Assembly (NCBI GenBank): GCA_041562555.1
Contig: JBFEXS010000072.1
Span: 1-11,286 of the forward strand
Length of the DNA: 11,286 nt
Source: Sulfurimonadaceae bacterium
GTDB lineage: Bacteria; Campylobacterota; Campylobacteria; Campylobacterales; Sulfurimonadaceae
Reading direction: 5' to 3'
The translations under genes and the position numbers were made by a program. Shown here piece after piece: positions 8,736 to 11,286 of the stretch. The notes under the pieces are model-generated. The model made no database searches, was not told the origin of the DNA, and saw only the letters and a program-made list of their open reading frames with translations. Position 1 is the stretch's first letter. Each line of letters starts with the position of its first letter.

Positions 8736-10727
8736 CTAAAAAAGTTTCTTTAAAAACCGATGGATCTCTTTTTTTGCTTTCTCTTCTATCTCCGGGGTGA
8801 GCATTGATTTTGCATCGAGTGTAACGCTTGGGGCATTGATATCACCTTTTATCAGGACATCTGCAGGATGTTTTCTATGTTGAAGAGATAGACGTGCATC
8901 TATCCTGTTTTTCTTGGAGTTTATGATCAGTTTTCTACTGTGAACAGAGAGCTCTTTGCTTTGCATATCGAGTTTGGAGTCGATAACCTCTTTATTGATA
9001 TGGCTAAGCAGGGTTCCCCGGTTGAAATGTTCTTTACTTAGATCTTTTCTTATAATTGCTTGGAGAAGGTCTGTCATTTTTGATCGTGCTAGACGGGCAT
9101 TGTCAAAACGTGCATCCAGTTTTCCTTTTTGGAGTTTTGTATCATAGCTCAAACTGCCGTTCAGGGGTGCATCCATCACTTCAGGGTATCCAAGCATCTT
9201 CAATATCTTCATACTTTTTAGATTTTTAAAGTCTGCACTCACCGTCTCGTTCAACAGCGTCACATCCCATGTGCCATCGAAGATATCCGAATGTGCAGTA
9301 ATACGCAAGGTTTCATCCGAACGTATATTACCTTTCGCTTTTACTTTGCCGTAAAGTTTGCGTTCAAGAAGAGGTTCTAGGGCCTGTAGGGATGGGATGG
9401 AAAGTGTATAGGGACTCTCAAGGGCACTTTGAGAGATGTCATAGCGTGTCTGATACATATCGAGTGTCATCAGGTTTGAATCAAGTCTGCTGTTCGCAGT
9501 AAGGCGATTGTCTTTGATACCGATATCGCTTTTGAGCGAAAATGTTGTCTTCGGCATGGTGATATCAAAGGATCTTTTGATTGTGGCAGTATGGGTTCTA
9601 CCCTTTTTTGCCACAATCTCGGCCGTTCCATTGAAAGCTTTCAGGTCTTTTAGATCAACACTGATATCGAGGTTGGCATCGGCATACTCAGGTTGATCGA
9701 TCAGATACAAAAGCTTGGAGAGTTGTGCATTGCGGATAGTTAGTTTCAGACTTGAGGGTTGAAGCTCCAAAAGTTTCAGGGTATAGTCGCTTGCCGAATC
9801 AGCGATATCACTTTTCCCACTCACCGTGTAGGTATTGTCCTTACCAAGGATAGTTCCTTTGGTATGTAAAGGTCCCTGCAAAGGAAAGTTTGTGAGACTG
9901 TTGAGTAGCGCCAGTTCCTTGATATTCAGAGCGTAATCACATTGCAGGGCAGTGTTGTCGGTCTGTATCTTCCCTTTAGAATCCATCTTGAGGATCTCAG
10001 AATCGATATGGCCAAGATAAGAGATATTGACACCCTCTAATGTGGCCTTGAGTTTTCCGTTTACAGCACTTTTATGAATGCTAAGAGCAAAGCTCTCCTT
10101 GAGGACCTGTGTATTGAGTCTGGCATTGTCGACATTCAGTACAAGACTGCCCTTTCGCTGCTTTGGGTTGATATCCTCAAGCTGTAGATGCAGATCTATG
10201 TCTCCCTGTGCATAGGCTTTTTCTCCTAACATCGTCAAAAGTGTGTCGATCTTGGCATGCTCAGATTTGATTGCCGCCGTATGTAGGGAAAGTTCATCAA
10301 AGTTCAGTACATATGCGGTCTCACTATGGGCCAGAGGACTTTTCCCTTTGAGAGTGAAGTGATGAAGGTCACCTGCTAGGGTGCCATCGCTATAGAGACT
10401 TCCCGAGAATGCATGATCCGAGGGTGTCTTTAAACGAGTGAGGTCCTTAAGATCCAGCGTATATTTTAGATCAAAGGCTTGTGTGAACAAGGAATAATCC
10501 CCGGTGACCAGAAGAGTGTTTTGCGCATCTGTCTCGATAAGGATATGGAGCGAATGCATGTCCAGACCAAATCGTGCCAGTTTTATCTTAATAGGAGAGC
10601 TTTCATTGATCTTAGTTTCCAGAACAGGTTTGAGCACGTTGTTTCCCAAAGGGGTAAAAAGCAGGAGATAGCAAAGTACAAGCAGAAAGGAAAATACGGT
10701 TGTGAGAATAAGTAGTGTTTTTTTCAT
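8736..10727 (-). CDS. Membrane-anchored periplasmic AsmA-like protein with three ~175-aa internal repeats (663 aa)
   Basis: ATG at 10727 gives MKKTLLILTTVFSFLLVLCYLLLFTPLGN (basic residues plus a TM anchor). The body is rich in amphipathic beta-strand patterns. The C-terminus IKGDINAPSVTLD plus an amphipathic helix (EIHRFLKKLF) resembles AsmA-like family ends. Stop TAG at 8738-8736. Confidence 0.7.
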   Translation of the reverse strand: MKKTLLILTTVFSFLLVLCYLLLFTPLGNNVLKPVLETKINESSPIKIKLARFGLDMHSLHILIETDAQNTLLVTGDYSLFTQAFDLKYTLDLKDLTRLKTPSDHAFSGSLYSDGTLAGDLHHFTLKGKSPLAHSETAYVLNFDELSLHTAAIKSEHAKIDTLLTMLGEKAYAQGDIDLHLQLEDINPKQRKGSLVLNVDNARLNTQVLKESFALSIHKSAVNGKLKATLEGVNISYLGHIDSEILKMDSKGKIQTDNTALQCDYALNIKELALLNSLTNFPLQGPLHTKGTILGKDNTYTVSGKSDIADSASDYTLKLLELQPSSLKLTIRNAQLSKLLYLIDQPEYADANLDISVDLKDLKAFNGTAEIVAKKGRTHTATIKRSFDITMPKTTFSLKSDIGIKDNRLTANSRLDSNLMTLDMYQTRYDISQSALESPYTLSIPSLQALEPLLERKLYGKVKAKGNIRSDETLRITAHSDIFDGTWDVTLLNETVSADFKNLKSMKILKMLGYPEVMDAPLNGSLSYDTKLQKGKLDARFDNARLARSKMTDLLQAIIRKDLSKEHFNRGTLLSHINKEVIDSKLDMQSKELSVHSRKLIINSKKNRIDARLSLQHRKHPADVLIKGDINAPSVTLDAKSMLTPEIEEKAKKEIHRFLKKLF

Positions 10728-10746
10728 TAGTACACTTTTTTCTCTT

Positions 10747-10755
10747 ATTTTAACA
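10747..10755 (-). promoter_or_regulatory. Putative extended -10 promoter of the AsmA-like gene
   Basis: The minus strand reads TG-T-TAAAAT (10755-10747), about 20 nt upstream of ATG 10727. Confidence 0.5.
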
Positions 10756-10785
10756 CAGAGTAATCTTAGGGCAATGTTTTTACAG

Positions 10786-10830
10786 TATAATTTTCTCAAC
10801 TATACACAGCATTGCTGTGTTAATGAAGGA
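10786..10830 (+). promoter_or_regulatory. Putative gspG promoter, leader palindrome and RBS
   Basis: TATAAT at 10786-10791, inverted repeat ACACAGCA-T-TGCTGTGT at 10804-10820, and AAGGA at 10826-10830, 5 nt before GTG 10836. Confidence 0.6.
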
Positions 10831-10835
10831 AAATC

Positions 10836-11285
10836 GTGAGAAGAAATGCATTCTCTTTAATGGAATTAATGATCGTAATCGTCATCTTGGGACTTCTGGC
10901 ATCTTTCGTTATGCCAAATATCCTGGGACAGAGTGAAAAAGCCAAAAAAGGGCTGGTATGTACACAGATGGAAAGTATCAAAAATGCCCTGCGTATGTTC
11001 AAGGTGGACAATGGTACCTATCCAACTACGGAAGAAGGCCTGGAAGCACTGGCTAAGAACCCAAGTGATGAAAAGTACAAGAATTATGCTGAAGGTGCCT
11101 ATTTCACAGACGGTCTTTTACCAAAAGATTCTTGGGGTAATCATTTCATCTACCTTAATGAAGAGGGTGAACTTGAATTCATAGCCATCACTCATTATGA
11201 AGTGGACTGCGATTCCATCAGCTACTTTCAGAAGGACGGTTCCGAAGACCTGCTAAAAGCCCACAATGACACCGTTCGAGCGGCT
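10836..11285 (+). CDS. gspG: Type II secretion major pseudopilin GspG-like protein; runs off the window edge, with an atypical C-terminus after ~11183
   Basis: Translated by hand because it is absent from the ORF track: MRRNA/FSLMELMIVIVILGLLASFVMPNILGQSEKAK...ALRMFKVDNGTYPTTEEGLEALAKNP...LPKDSWGNHFIY. This shows a type IV prepilin cleavage motif with Phe1 and Glu5, and the GspG motifs YPTTEEGL.AL and PKD.WG. No stop before 11286. Confidence 0.9.
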   Translation, partial: MRRNAFSLMELMIVIVILGLLASFVMPNILGQSEKAKKGLVCTQMESIKNALRMFKVDNGTYPTTEEGLEALAKNPSDEKYKNYAEGAYFTDGLLPKDSWGNHFIYLNEEGELEFIAITHYEVDCDSISYFQKDGSEDLLKAHNDTVRAA

Positions 11286-11286
11286 A

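Noticed and set aside
10728..10799. Longer start for the minus-strand gene (687 aa)
   Set aside because: The extra 24 codons span the promoter region. ATG 10727 gives a typical MKK plus hydrophobic anchor and lies just downstream of an extended -10 box.
11175..11180. EcoRI site GAATTC next to the gspG junction as proof of a cloning chimera
   Set aside because: It encodes Glu-Phe, which fits the native GspG strand, and the next codon (Ile) also fits. A single 6-mer is not sufficient evidence, although an artefact is not excluded.
10933..11184. 83-aa plus-strand ORF in the track (MKKPKKGWYV...)
   Set aside because: Out-of-frame shadow of gspG, whose frame carries the prepilin and GspG motifs and a good RBS.
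11184..11286. Intein or frameshifted continuation of gspG
   Set aside because: The tail starts with Ala and has no intein block A-like motif. Neither other forward frame encodes the expected S.G.DG motif.

Overview
Bacterial chromosomal DNA from a Campylobacterota (epsilonproteobacterial) organism. The family, Sulfurimonadaceae/Sulfurovaceae-like, is inferred from gene order and protein style. The window is mostly housekeeping. In order it holds the 3' part of a siroheme/[4Fe-4S] ferredoxin-nitrite (or sulfite) reductase, a small membrane-anchored hypothetical protein, and the conserved pyrH-rpoZ-spoT-tyrS-fabX-amiA cluster known from Helicobacter and Campylobacter. Then come a convergent 663-aa membrane-anchored AsmA-like protein built from three ~175-aa repeats and a divergently transcribed GspG-type major pseudopilin that the ORF track missed. 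I see no RNA genes, CRISPR arrays or intact mobile elements, and I cannot support a wholly new biological system. The most notable points are: (1) gspG switches in frame to unrelated, higher-GC sequence at ~11184, losing its conserved C-terminus; (2) amiA appears to need a non-canonical CTG start to gain its signal peptide; (3) the triple-repeat AsmA-like protein is a candidate lipid-transfer bridge next to fabX/amiA; (4) there is a candidate internal promoter in tyrS and a palindromic site in the divergent promoter region.
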